From NCBI GenBank assembly GCA_964508155.1, contig CAZDRE010000006.1, forward strand, positions 7,266 through 71,265: a stretch of DNA of 64,000 bases. Direction: 5' to 3'. The position numbers and the translations under genes are program-made. Numbering within the stretch: position 1 is the first letter of the stretch; every line of letters begins with the position of its first letter. This DNA is from an uncultured Candidatus Bathyarchaeia archaeon. GTDB taxonomy: Archaea; Thermoproteota; Bathyarchaeia; Bathyarchaeales; DTEX01. The notes beneath the pieces are model-generated. The model had not been told where the DNA came from. It worked only from the letters and a program-made list of their open reading frames with translations, and did no database searches. Below are positions 1 to 9,829 of this stretch, in pieces.

Positions 1-190
1 TTCTTCAATGCTCAATCCGCCGATATTTTTCAGCATCTTCGAGAACATTAAGAGTTGCATGCATGTTCCTCCTTTCAAATCTACATGCAAATCTGAATTT
101 TACGGGAATTAAGAGTTTTGGTCTATGCTGGGTCGGTATCTATAGGGAAAATCTTATTAGTAGTTGAGGTCTTCCTAAAAGGGGGTCACT

Positions 191-916
191 ATGAGTAATC
201 CTGAAGTTCTCATAGAGAAGATGACAAGAAAGGAGATCTCAGAGATGCTCAGTGATGTTGAAGTGATAATAATTCCAGTCGGCAGTACAGAGCAACATGG
301 AAATCATCTCCCACTTAAACATGACACTGCCCAAGTGTGTTTCATAGCTAAGGAGGCAGCCAGCAGATTATATCCAAAGATTCTTGTAACTCCACCTGTC
401 TGCTTCGGACTTTCAGCTCATCATCTGCCTTGGCCGCTGACGATAACTCTTCAGCCGGAAACATTCGTCAATCTCATCTTGGATATCTGTAGAAGCCTCA
501 AGTATCATGGGATTAAGAGGGTTCTAATATTGAATGGGCATGGCGGAAATAAGGTTGAAAGATTATTCCGTGAGGATCTTTATGTTGAGCCTTGGCATAA
601 GGGTTCTCCGATCGAGGAAGCTGCGAGGAGGGCTAGAAGATTAGGCTTAAAGGTATCCGCAGTTACGTGGTGGGATCTCATTCCGGAGGATAGGATGGTT
701 GGGATATTTAAGGGGAGAATTCCGGGGCATGCAGGTGAATTCGAGACTTCATTTGGCTTATTTATGTATCCAGATGAAGTTCGGAAGGCGGAAATGAAAA
801 TGTGCGAGGGAATATCTGATGATGCTGAGCTTGCAAGTGCAGAGAAGGGGAAGATCATATTTAAGGAGGCCGTTAAATACTTAGTCTCATATCTTAAGGA
901 GTTCATGAAAGAATAG
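191..916 (+). CDS. creatininase-family amidohydrolase (creatinine amidohydrolase / ArfB-like)
   Basis: 241-aa ORF. 'IPVGSTEQHGNHLPLKHD' and 'LNGHGGN' match metal-binding motifs of the creatininase fold. Confidence 0.7.
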   Translation: MSNPEVLIEKMTRKEISEMLSDVEVIIIPVGSTEQHGNHLPLKHDTAQVCFIAKEAASRLYPKILVTPPVCFGLSAHHLPWPLTITLQPETFVNLILDICRSLKYHGIKRVLILNGHGGNKVERLFREDLYVEPWHKGSPIEEAARRARRLGLKVSAVTWWDLIPEDRMVGIFKGRIPGHAGEFETSFGLFMYPDEVRKAEMKMCEGISDDAELASAEKGKIIFKEAVKYLVSYLKEFMKE

Positions 917-1831
917 TTATGGTTCAATATTAATGGTAACTTCCTGAGATTCTTTAAGATTTAGAGTGCCCGACTTTTTCGGGACGATCTTTATCAATGG
1001 CTTCAAGAGCGGATACGTGTAAAGTGAAAGTCCAACATTCCTTCCGTTTACGCTGAATTTCACGTCTGAACATTCCGCAATGCACATATTCGCATGAACG
1101 GATTTTACTGTTCCAATTTTCTTTCCGCATAGCATAACTTCGCCTTTAATTGGCTGTGACGTCATGTGAATTCCAAATAGTCCATAATGTGGTATTCCTC
1201 CATCTAAAATACCCAATTGACCATTAACTTCAACGTGGAGGCCGAATTTGAGGCCTCCGTAAACATCAACAAGCGAGTATTCTGGCTTACACTCGATAAT
1301 TACTCCCTTCATCTCATCCTGCGAATCTCCATGATCATGAAGATCCATTAATCTCTCGACTTGGAGGCCGCCTCTTGCACGTATTGGATCGGAAGGCCTC
1401 CTTACCTCAATGTGAATGTGGGGATCAGTCCAGAAATCAAAGAATCCCGATCTGATCAGCCATCCTAGATCATCACCAGGCTCAATCCTATCTCCAACGT
1501 TAACTATCGGATCGACATGAAGTATCTTGATTAATCTCTTGGGGTTCTCAGAGCTTCTAACGATGATCACGCAGTCATGTTGTGAGCTCTCAAAGCCTCT
1601 GCCGCTTGGGCACTCAACCCTTCTAATTCCAACGATCACGCCACTGACGGGTGATGGAGCGACGTATCCGAATCTTCCACTCGGATATATATCGATCGCC
1701 GAGAATGAATGGTGAGCCGTATATGGACTATTAAAGAAGGAGAATCTGCCGTTCTCTGGGCAGTAGATCCTAACATTATCGGAGACGGCTACTGGAAGCA
1801 TCCCAGCTCCAGTTGAACTAGCCAAAATCAT
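917..1831 (-). CDS. M23/LytM-like metallopeptidase-domain protein
   Basis: 304-aa ORF. Its ATG overlaps the stop of the upstream M20 gene (ATGA at 1828-1831). 'ILHVDPIVNVGDRIEPGDDLGWL...TDPHIHIEVRR' resembles the M23 'HL..V.VGd.V..G..iG...HLHfEv' HxH pattern. Confidence 0.45.
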   Translation of the reverse strand: MILASSTGAGMLPVAVSDNVRIYCPENGRFSFFNSPYTAHHSFSAIDIYPSGRFGYVAPSPVSGVIVGIRRVECPSGRGFESSQHDCVIIVRSSENPKRLIKILHVDPIVNVGDRIEPGDDLGWLIRSGFFDFWTDPHIHIEVRRPSDPIRARGGLQVERLMDLHDHGDSQDEMKGVIIECKPEYSLVDVYGGLKFGLHVEVNGQLGILDGGIPHYGLFGIHMTSQPIKGEVMLCGKKIGTVKSVHANMCIAECSDVKFSVNGRNVGLSLYTYPLLKPLIKIVPKKSGTLNLKESQEVTINIEP

Positions 1832-2982
1832 TCACGCCTAGACGCCTTAAGGATCAAGTGTGCATATATTTCAGCCGCCTTGACGATCTCGCTGACATCG
1901 GCATACTCATTTATTTCATGTGCTTGCTCGATCCTTCCAGGCCCAAATATCACTGTTTGGATCCCATGATTCACCAAATGAACCATCTCGCATGTGGCTG
2001 TGAACCCTGAAATTTTAGGTTCAACTCCCATAACCTCTTTGACAGCCTCCCTCATGATTCGAACTATCTCAGCATCCGGACTCGTCATAGAAGGCGGAAC
2101 ATACCTGTATCTCTCAAGCCTATACTTGAACTCTTCATCCCTCCTTCTAATCCCTTCAAGTATACCTATGAGTTCGGATTCTGCATCTTCGACATTCTCT
2201 CCGAGAACCAATCTGCGATCAATCGACGCTTCACAGAAGTTCGGCACTACATTATCCTTCTCGCCGCCTCTTATCGTATTAAGAGAGATAGATGGATGAC
2301 CCAGAAGGGAATGCCTCCTCACGCGTAGTCTCTCCGACAATCTTCTGATCTCCAAGCACGCCTCAGCCATTTTGTATATGGCATTTATGCCTCTTTCAGG
2401 AGAGCTCGAATGCGCTGATCTTCCAAACGTTAAAAGTCTCCATTTAACTCCGCCTTTATGCGCGATCATCACTTCAAGCCCCGTAGGCTCGCCTACAACA
2501 GCCATTTCAGCTTGGTATCCTCTAGAAAGTATGTCCTCGGTGCCCATGCCGGATACTTCCTCGTCTGAAACCAGAAAGACGAGTATCTTACCTTCGATCT
2601 TATCCGCGACGGCCTCAGCTGCCGAAAGGAAAGCGGCAATTGAAGCTTTCATATCAGCTGAGCCTCTTCCGTAAAGTCTGCCATTGATGATCTTCCCCGA
2701 GAATGGATCCCCCTCAATCCATAAGTCCGGGTTTCCTGCAGGAACAGTATCTAAATGTCCATCGTAGATCAGCCTTGCTTCTCTTCCTGAACCGAGCTCT
2801 CCAATTATATTGGGCCTTTCCGGCTTGAAATCGTATCGTGAGACTTTAAATCCTATTTCTCGCATCTTGGACTCTAAAAAATCCGCTAGCTCACGCTCGT
2901 TCCCCGGAGGATTTTCACTTGGGATCTTAACAAGCGAGGATGCAAGTCTCAGAATCTCATCTCTATCTATTTGTATCTTCAT
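1828..2982 (-). CDS. M20-family metallopeptidase / deacylase (ArgE/DapE-like)
   Basis: 384-aa ORF with 'GHLDTVPAG', 'GRGSADMKAS' and 'VSDEEVSG', the M20 metal-ligand motifs. Confidence 0.8.
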   Translation of the reverse strand: MKIQIDRDEILRLASSLVKIPSENPPGNERELADFLESKMREIGFKVSRYDFKPERPNIIGELGSGREARLIYDGHLDTVPAGNPDLWIEGDPFSGKIINGRLYGRGSADMKASIAAFLSAAEAVADKIEGKILVFLVSDEEVSGMGTEDILSRGYQAEMAVVGEPTGLEVMIAHKGGVKWRLLTFGRSAHSSSPERGINAIYKMAEACLEIRRLSERLRVRRHSLLGHPSISLNTIRGGEKDNVVPNFCEASIDRRLVLGENVEDAESELIGILEGIRRRDEEFKYRLERYRYVPPSMTSPDAEIVRIMREAVKEVMGVEPKISGFTATCEMVHLVNHGIQTVIFGPGRIEQAHEINEYADVSEIVKAAEIYAHLILKASRRE

Positions 2983-3110
2983 TGTATCTTCACCTCTTCA
3001 ATATCGCACTTATATAATTGACTTAAGACAGTTCCACTAATCTACAAGTGAATTCGAGAGGGAAAATGATAAATCTTCTTTAGGCCGATAAATGGCTGGA
3101 GGATCATAAG

Positions 3111-4283
3111 TTGATTTCTCAGTTCCTATCCAGACGTGCCCGCGAAGTCCCTGAATCCGGAATTAGGGAGATGTTCAATATCGCTCAGAGATTAAGCGGT
3201 GTCATAAATCTCTCGCTTGGAGAGCCGAATTTCAAAACTCCACAGCACATTATAAGGGCGGCCATGGAGGCATTGCAGAGTGGCTATACGCATTATACTC
3301 CGAATCGAGGATTGCTGGAGTTCAGGGAGGCCGCCGCTCATAAACTTAAGGTTGAGAATAACATAGATGTTGATCCTGAAACTGAAGTTATGGCGACCGT
3401 AGGTTCTATGGGAGCATTATCCTTAACTATGCTTACGATAATCGATTGTGGAGATGAGGTTCTCATACCAAGCCCTGGATATGTAAGTTATGAGTCTCAA
3501 GTCTTAATGGCTGGGGGAAGACCGGTTCCTTACAGGCTAAAGGAGGAGAATCGATTTCAGCCAGATCTAGATGAGATCTCAAGCTTAATTACTCGTAAGA
3601 CGAAGGCTATAGTGGTGAATTCTCCGTCAAACCCGACCGGAGCAGTTTTCGACTATGATGTGCTTAAGGGAATAGCTGATCTGGCAGCGGATGAGAATCT
3701 GCTTGTAATCTCAGATGAGGCGTATGAAAGAATAACCTATGATGGCGTTAGACATATAAGCCCTGCCTCTCTGCCAGGAATGATGGACAGGACGATTAGC
3801 ATATTCTCCTTCTCTAAGACATACGCCATGACTGGATGGCGGATAGGATACGCGGTTGCGAATAAAGAGATAATATCTGAGATGACAAAGCTCCAGGAGC
3901 ATCTTGTTGCTCACCCGAGCTCGATATCTCAGATAGCCGCAACGGCTGCTTTAAGGGAGCTAAACGGCCAAGTTGAAAGAATGGTTAGGGAATACGCTGA
4001 GAGAAGGCGAATAATAATGGACGGACTTTCAAAAATTCCGGGAATAAGGTTTCAAAGGCCTAGGGGCGCCTTTTACATATTCCCAAATATCAGATCATTT
4101 GGAATGTCATCAGAGGAGTTTACGATGTACCTTCTTAGGGAAGCGAAGGTTATTGTAGTTCCGGGATCAGCTTTCGGAAGATTCGGCGAGGGATACATTA
4201 GAATTTCATATTCTGTCTCAGGGGAGATGCTGAAAGAGGCCATTAGAAGAATCGCGGAGTCCATTGAAAGGCTGAATGCCTAA
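3111..4283 (+). CDS. class I/II PLP aminotransferase (aspartate aminotransferase-like)
   Basis: 390-aa ORF with a TTG start. It carries 'NSPSNPTG' and the PLP-lysine motif 'SFSKTYAMTGWRIGY'. Confidence 0.85.
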   Translation: MISQFLSRRAREVPESGIREMFNIAQRLSGVINLSLGEPNFKTPQHIIRAAMEALQSGYTHYTPNRGLLEFREAAAHKLKVENNIDVDPETEVMATVGSMGALSLTMLTIIDCGDEVLIPSPGYVSYESQVLMAGGRPVPYRLKEENRFQPDLDEISSLITRKTKAIVVNSPSNPTGAVFDYDVLKGIADLAADENLLVISDEAYERITYDGVRHISPASLPGMMDRTISIFSFSKTYAMTGWRIGYAVANKEIISEMTKLQEHLVAHPSSISQIAATAALRELNGQVERMVREYAERRRIIMDGLSKIPGIRFQRPRGAFYIFPNIRSFGMSSEEFTMYLLREAKVIVVPGSAFGRFGEGYIRISYSVSGEMLKEAIRRIAESIERLNA

Positions 4284-4329
4284 CCAAATTTAAATTTTTG
4301 AACCGCAACATACATAGTGAGGGTTATTT

Positions 4330-5265
4330 ATGGCTAAGGTTCTGGGCATACTTGGAAATGCCAGAAGAGACGGATATACTATTAGGGTCTTAAGGGAAGC
4401 CTTAAAGGCAGCGTCTGAAAACCCCAATGTAAAGACGGAGCTCATACATCTTTTAGACTATAAATTTGGGCCATGCAGATCATGCTATGAATGTATCAGA
4501 AATAGCAGACATCGATGTATATTACCGGATGATATGGGGGAAAAAGGGAGGCTCTGGAGGAAGATCGAGGAGGCTAACGGTTTAATAATAGCCTCTCCAG
4601 TTCACCTATGGACGGCCGACGCGCTGACCCATTTATTCATGGAGAGATTATACCCGTATGTTTGGAGTGGAGAATTGAGAGGGATACCAGTTATGACCAT
4701 AACCGTAGCGAGTAACCAGGGTTTCCACATAACTGCAAATAGAATATTATGCGAGTGGGCATTCACTCTGGGCATGAAGTATGTGGGAGGTCTCCCCGTT
4801 CACACCGCTCATATGGATAAGTCCCTAAGAGAGGCCAGATATTTGGGAAAAATGCTCGGCGAAGAAGCGCTTAAAGATGAAAAAGAGGGAAGGAGATCTC
4901 CAACGGATCTAGAGCATTGGCTAAGATATCAAGATTCTCCATGGAAGGTTTATCCGCATTACATAGAAAATCTCACAATGGGCACGGGTGATCCTGAATT
5001 CTCCATAATCAGATATGCGCTCTCGCATGAAACTTTCAGGAGGAAAGAGGCTGTAGAGCTTCTTAAGAAGGCTGATGAAGAATTCAGAAGATTTGCACAT
5101 CAATATCAAATGGGAAATCATGAGGATGCGATTAAGCATTTAGTCAGGGCCAGTGCATTTTGGACTCATGCCACATGGAAGGAGTTTTTAGAGGAGCAGT
5201 TAATTAAGGCTCCGCCACCAAAGACTTACCGTCCAATTGAAAAAATTAATCGATTTTACAGTTAA
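4330..5265 (+). CDS. iron-sulfur flavoprotein-like NAD(P)H-dependent FMN reductase with C-terminal helical extension
   Basis: 311-aa ORF with a flavodoxin-like N-terminus 'KVLGILGNARRDGYT'. It has the compact Cys motif 'CRSCYECIRNSRHRC' (Cx2Cx2Cx7C) seen in Isf-type proteins. The last ~120 aa are unassigned. Confidence 0.6.
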   Translation: MAKVLGILGNARRDGYTIRVLREALKAASENPNVKTELIHLLDYKFGPCRSCYECIRNSRHRCILPDDMGEKGRLWRKIEEANGLIIASPVHLWTADALTHLFMERLYPYVWSGELRGIPVMTITVASNQGFHITANRILCEWAFTLGMKYVGGLPVHTAHMDKSLREARYLGKMLGEEALKDEKEGRRSPTDLEHWLRYQDSPWKVYPHYIENLTMGTGDPEFSIIRYALSHETFRRKEAVELLKKADEEFRRFAHQYQMGNHEDAIKHLVRASAFWTHATWKEFLEEQLIKAPPPKTYRPIEKINRFYS

Positions 5266-5295
5266 AGAAGTGATTGGAGGCCGGGGGATTAAAGT

Positions 5296-5883
5296 TTGAA
5301 AGGAAAGATCGAGATTAAGATTGGCGAGGAATTTAGGCCTTCACCAAAAATGAAGACTCTCTATTACCTCTATTTTATCTTAGCGTTGATCCTCGGCATT
5401 TTAACATGGTTCATACCATTAATCCTATTAGCGCCTCTGGGAGTTGCGCTTTTCATCTCAACGATTATTCTGCCCATTCTAATCTTCATCGCATACTGGA
5501 TACCAAAATATTATGACTCGATAATTTACAAGTTTACTGAGAATGAGATTATAGGTAAACGGGGAGTGTGGTTCAAAAGGACGGGGATAGTTCCCTACCA
5601 TAGAATAACGAATATCGATGTGGTTCAAGGCCCGATAGCTAGGAAATTCGGATTAGCATCACTTAGGATTCAGACGGCTGGATACTCTAGAGCCGCGGCG
5701 TCAGAGATGAGTATTGATGGAGTAGAGCATTACGAGGATCTACGAACCATAATTATGGATTTTGTCAGGAGGGGAAGGGAGGCGATAGAAGAGAAACCGA
5801 TGGAGGAGGATATAAACCAAAAGATATTGAGTGAGCTGATGCGTATAAGGGAGATCCTAGAAAAGTCTTATGGGAAGACTTAG
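5296..5883 (+). CDS. membrane protein with bacterial-type PH domain (bPH_2 / YdbS-like)
   Basis: 195-aa ORF with a TTG start and two N-terminal TM helices. 'VPYHRITNIDVVQGPIARKFGLASLRIQTAG' is typical of bPH_2. Confidence 0.6.
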   Translation: MKGKIEIKIGEEFRPSPKMKTLYYLYFILALILGILTWFIPLILLAPLGVALFISTIILPILIFIAYWIPKYYDSIIYKFTENEIIGKRGVWFKRTGIVPYHRITNIDVVQGPIARKFGLASLRIQTAGYSRAAASEMSIDGVEHYEDLRTIIMDFVRRGREAIEEKPMEEDINQKILSELMRIREILEKSYGKT

Positions 5884-6935
5884 GATTTCCTGTTACTCTT
5901 GCCGGGCATTTCATGCTCTTTTCCAAGATGCTTATGCGGATGCTTCATGTGAATATGCTTCATCATCTGAATCGTTATTGCTCTATCTATTTTCCAGAGT
6001 CCCTTCCCAATCTTCCGAGCTGCGCTCAACAACTCTTTGATATCGCCTTTCTTCTTAGCCTCCCTGATTCTTTCCGCGATCTTCTCTCTGAGCTCTGTTA
6101 CATTCTTAACTCCGAAGATCTGCAGGATTTCAGTAACATTTACTCCTGCCGCCCGGGCGATTCCAATTCTATCGATAATGTTCTCTCTGAACCTCCCAAT
6201 TATATGTAAGTAACGATTTACCCTCTGCCTGATCTTGGAGGATGCCTTCTCTCTCAAGTGAGCATATAACTGCTTGATTATCTTGTTTGCTTCGACGAGT
6301 CTACGTGATACTTCACTTACGTTTCCCTCGACCAGTAGCCTCTTAGCCTCAGTAATATTCAGGTATCTCTCTGCTTTCTCTACGAGTTGAAGATCTTCTT
6401 CGCCTATTAGAGATTTTATTTTCTGAAGTCTTATCAATGACCGTTTCATCGCTACTATGAGGCCGCCCGCTCTTTCCTCTTCCCTCACGTCTTGAATCTT
6501 CATGATAATCCTGTGAATCGTCATGCATACATTCCTCATTCTCATAAGTGCCTCCTTCACTAGGCTAATGGCTCCTGAGTAATCATTTGCACTTAGTCTC
6601 TTTGAGGCGTCATCTATGAGGCTTCTGGCATCTTCAAATGCTGATATGTTCCCCTCTAGATCATCAATGAGATCTGCATTCTCCAGTTTCTCTAGAATGA
6701 CGCCGTCATTTTGGATCCTCTTTATGAAGCCTTCCATGCGTTGGGCTACTCGATTTGCAACCTTAATAATCATTTCAGCTCTTTTCTGCAATTTAATTGA
6801 GGACTTATCTTTTTCCGTGGTATTTTCGGCTACTAGAAAACTTATGGGCATAGCTGATATTAGGAGTAGCGATATCATTAATGCGATAGCCATTGTTTTA
6901 AATTGCTTCAAATCAATCACCACCAGAATATTCAA
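5880..6935 (-). CDS. hypothetical signal-anchored coiled-coil protein
   Basis: 351-aa ORF with a hydrophobic N-terminus 'MAIALMISLLLISAMPISFLVA'. The remainder is long and helical, rich in E/K/R/L, and no catalytic motif was recognised. Confidence 0.4.
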   Translation of the reverse strand: MNILVVIDLKQFKTMAIALMISLLLISAMPISFLVAENTTEKDKSSIKLQKRAEMIIKVANRVAQRMEGFIKRIQNDGVILEKLENADLIDDLEGNISAFEDARSLIDDASKRLSANDYSGAISLVKEALMRMRNVCMTIHRIIMKIQDVREEERAGGLIVAMKRSLIRLQKIKSLIGEEDLQLVEKAERYLNITEAKRLLVEGNVSEVSRRLVEANKIIKQLYAHLREKASSKIRQRVNRYLHIIGRFRENIIDRIGIARAAGVNVTEILQIFGVKNVTELREKIAERIREAKKKGDIKELLSAARKIGKGLWKIDRAITIQMMKHIHMKHPHKHLGKEHEMPGKSNRKS

Positions 6936-6988
6936 GAAACTGAAAGATAAGGAATATTGCGGGAAGATTGTTTCAGTATGTTTCAGAA

Positions 6989-8830
6989 TTATTCAATTGA
7001 TTCATAGAGCACCCTGCCCGTCGAGTCTCTGGGCTTCGGCATACTCAGCAGATGCGCTATTGTAGGGGCCACATCTGTGAGGTGAATAGGCTTCTTCACG
7101 TATCCTAACCTTTTAATTCCTGGGCCCATCATAGCGAATACTGATGATACCATGTATTTCCCCATTCTGGTTGATGGTAGATAATATGCATGTGCGCCAA
7201 ATACCATCGTGGCATCATAGATCTTACCTTTAACTATGAGTTCAGGCGAGATCTTCGATGCATTGAGCACTGATATATCCCCATCAAAGAGTTCATATGG
7301 AGGATTGAGGAAGTAAATTACGTCGCCTATTCTGTCACCTTTTAGTCCCATGAATGCAGCGTCATCTCTTCTCAAAACGAGGGAGAATGGCCGTTCCCCT
7401 CGTTCATCCCTTACACCGCTGAGCGCATCTATGACCATATCTACAACGCTATCATATTCGCTGGGCTTAACTATGCCAGTTGGGTCTCTACCTTCAAGAT
7501 TTACCCATATGAAGGGAGGCTCCATGTAAGGGAAGGCAAGGGTTCTATTCCAATCGACGGTATACGTTCTTCCATTCCATTTGTAGGCTAGAAGTCCAGC
7601 ATCCAATAGGATCAATGCAATATTCACGACACGACTTGCTGGCACCGCTCCATGATCAGAAACTATCATCACAACATCATCCTCATCCACAACGTTCTCC
7701 AGCATGTCTCCCACAAACTCATCTGCTAACTTATAGCCCTGCCTAACAGCCTCCTCTACATTATCCTCATCTCCGCTTAGAATGCCCTCATGAAAGGCTG
7801 CATATCTATGGTTCAGATCATCAAATATGTGGAAGTGCAGAAAGCATATTCTCCAGTCCATCCTCGACTTGAGATACCTACATATTTTAACGATGCTTTT
7901 CGCTTCCCTGACGTATGCAACAATTCTATCCCTTTCTTTACCGAAGATTACATATGGGACCTCCTCCAGCATGGGCTCAGCTTGTATAAGCGAATTTAGA
8001 ATGAGCTCTTCCCCTAGATCTTCAGGTATGGTCCACCCGCTGACATTTAGGATCTCACTGCGGATTACCCTAACGTTTGATCCATCCTCAGATGCTCCTA
8101 CGAGCTTAAGTTTGACCATACACTCCAGTAGTCCGTGAGATGTGTCAAGTTTAATTCTAAGCCATTTACTCCACTCATCAAGTCCAGAGACATGCACTCC
8201 CTCATCTGTCTGCACGGCGATTGTATCGTATCCTCGGCCTTTAGAGTCCACCAAGAAGACCTTTTGAGTTCTCGACCTTATTATCAATCCGCCTTCCAAT
8301 GGAACTTTTATCTCTAGTATTGGACTATGAGATTTCAGATCTGGGGGATTATCAACTCTCTTTGTGCTTAGAGAGTATATTTTAGGAGGAGCAATGCTGC
8401 AGGGCTTAGATGCAGGGGTTGGCCATGAAAAGAGTATGATCGATCCATTTCTGAGCCTATCTCCCCATCCCGCCGGATAATTCAAAATAAGAGTTGGCAT
8501 ATCCATTCTATCAGCCACATCCCATACATATTCTGCCTTACAATACGTTGCAAGTTGACTTCTACTCCTCATTTCCAAGCCGAGCTCAAATGGCTCTCCT
8601 GGAATATGCATGTAAAAGCTCGTTGCTCCATGAATTCCCGTAGGAGCTCCAGTAGCTATTGTGGTCCAATTAGTTGGAGTGTCGCATGGAGGGCATGGGT
8701 ATGCCTCATAAAACGCTCCATCCTCAATGAATCTTCGGATGTTCGGCAATAGATCCTCCTCAATATACTTCTTCATTAACGCAGGGATCGCTCCATCTAA
8801 GCCTAAAACTAAGATCCTTTTCGGCTTCAT
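6989..8830 (-). CDS. alkaline-phosphatase-superfamily enzyme, type I phosphodiesterase / nucleotide pyrophosphatase-like
   Basis: 613-aa ORF. It has the N-terminal 'ILVLGLDGA' metal site, 'CDTPTNWTTIATG' (Thr-nucleophile region resembling NPP 'T.PN..ti.TG') and 'VSDHG'. Confidence 0.65.
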   Translation of the reverse strand: MKPKRILVLGLDGAIPALMKKYIEEDLLPNIRRFIEDGAFYEAYPCPPCDTPTNWTTIATGAPTGIHGATSFYMHIPGEPFELGLEMRSRSQLATYCKAEYVWDVADRMDMPTLILNYPAGWGDRLRNGSIILFSWPTPASKPCSIAPPKIYSLSTKRVDNPPDLKSHSPILEIKVPLEGGLIIRSRTQKVFLVDSKGRGYDTIAVQTDEGVHVSGLDEWSKWLRIKLDTSHGLLECMVKLKLVGASEDGSNVRVIRSEILNVSGWTIPEDLGEELILNSLIQAEPMLEEVPYVIFGKERDRIVAYVREAKSIVKICRYLKSRMDWRICFLHFHIFDDLNHRYAAFHEGILSGDEDNVEEAVRQGYKLADEFVGDMLENVVDEDDVVMIVSDHGAVPASRVVNIALILLDAGLLAYKWNGRTYTVDWNRTLAFPYMEPPFIWVNLEGRDPTGIVKPSEYDSVVDMVIDALSGVRDERGERPFSLVLRRDDAAFMGLKGDRIGDVIYFLNPPYELFDGDISVLNASKISPELIVKGKIYDATMVFGAHAYYLPSTRMGKYMVSSVFAMMGPGIKRLGYVKKPIHLTDVAPTIAHLLSMPKPRDSTGRVLYESIE

Positions 8831-8851
8831 GATGGCTTCACCTCAAATCGA

Positions 8852-9766
8852 ATGGTGAACTATCTCTATATGGATGCCGAAAGGCACAATCTATACTTAA
8901 CGAGGTTATATAAAGAATTTAATTTGGGTATGCAGATATTATGGGTGGTGGGTCTCTTGGAACCATCAATTATGATTGGCGTATTTTCAGAGTTGGAGCC
9001 AATCGACGCCATAAGGAGACTTGCAAATATTGGATGGAGAAACTTTGAATTTTACTCGGAGCATCTGGCGATTCTAGACAAGCGTGAAGATCCGGAGGGT
9101 GAGTTTTCGAGAATTAGGGATCTCTGTGAAAAGATGGACCTAACAATCGGAGCCATGCATGACACCTCGTTTTCTGTGAAACCCGAGCGCGTTATGAGAT
9201 GGGCTAAGATCCTAGGAGTCAAGTGGATAGTAATTCATCCCATAAGGGCCGATATGACGTTGAATGAGGATGAAGCTAGACAATGCAATCTTAACATGCT
9301 TCGCGAGTGGATTGAGTTAGCACATAAATTTAAAATTGGAATAGCAATTGAAAATATGCATGACAGGATACCTGGGGTTCACGGTAGGAGATCCTTCGGC
9401 TCAACCCCCTCAGATCTGTTATGGCTTATAAGAAAAGTGGATTCAAGATTCATCGGCGTCTGTTGGGATACATGTCATGCCTATGTTCAGGGGCTCGACC
9501 AATATCGAGCGATAAAGGCTATAGGCGAATATTTGGTTCATACACACATGAACGATAATATCTCAACCGAGGAGGAGCAGCACTTAACGATCTTTGAGGG
9601 GAAGGTTGATTGGGAGAGTATTCTGAGGGCTCTAAGGGAGATTGATTATAAGGGACTCTTTAATATTGAGGGCGGATTCTCAATTAGTAGACTTCCCCTT
9701 TCACTTAGAGACTTGAAGCTCCGTTACCTCCTTAGACTTGTTGAGGAGATGATCTCAAGCCTATAA
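8852..9766 (+). CDS. sugar-phosphate isomerase/epimerase (xylose-isomerase-like TIM barrel)
   Basis: 304-aa ORF with 'IAIENMH', 'CWDTCHA' and 'HTHMNDN', as in the AP-endonuclease-2/xylose-isomerase-like barrel. The true start is probably downstream (TTG 8957 or ATG 8972). Confidence 0.7.
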   Translation: MVNYLYMDAERHNLYLTRLYKEFNLGMQILWVVGLLEPSIMIGVFSELEPIDAIRRLANIGWRNFEFYSEHLAILDKREDPEGEFSRIRDLCEKMDLTIGAMHDTSFSVKPERVMRWAKILGVKWIVIHPIRADMTLNEDEARQCNLNMLREWIELAHKFKIGIAIENMHDRIPGVHGRRSFGSTPSDLLWLIRKVDSRFIGVCWDTCHAYVQGLDQYRAIKAIGEYLVHTHMNDNISTEEEQHLTIFEGKVDWESILRALREIDYKGLFNIEGGFSISRLPLSLRDLKLRYLLRLVEEMISSL

Positions 9767-9829
9767 GCCAAGATCGGAGCAATCATCTTTTATTATACTA
9801 AGGCGATTTAATTTTGGAGGAGAGGATCA

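Noticed and set aside
1-60. A possible 5' end of a minus-strand gene running off the window ('MQLLMFSKMLKNIGGLSIEE...') with an AGGAGG 7 nt upstream of the ATG at 60-58.
   Set aside because: Only 20 codons are visible and no motif is present, so the fragment cannot be supported as a feature.
580-927. A 115-aa antisense ORF, and the many similar 60-175-aa ORFs lying opposite long genes (for example 1994-2299, 6616-7065, 25374-25868, 37031-37501, 50987-51424, 55158-55682, 57156-57560).
   Set aside because: Each lies entirely inside or antisense to a longer ORF with clear family motifs. They have skewed Ser/Leu/Pro-rich composition and no recognisable motifs, so they are treated as shadow ORFs.
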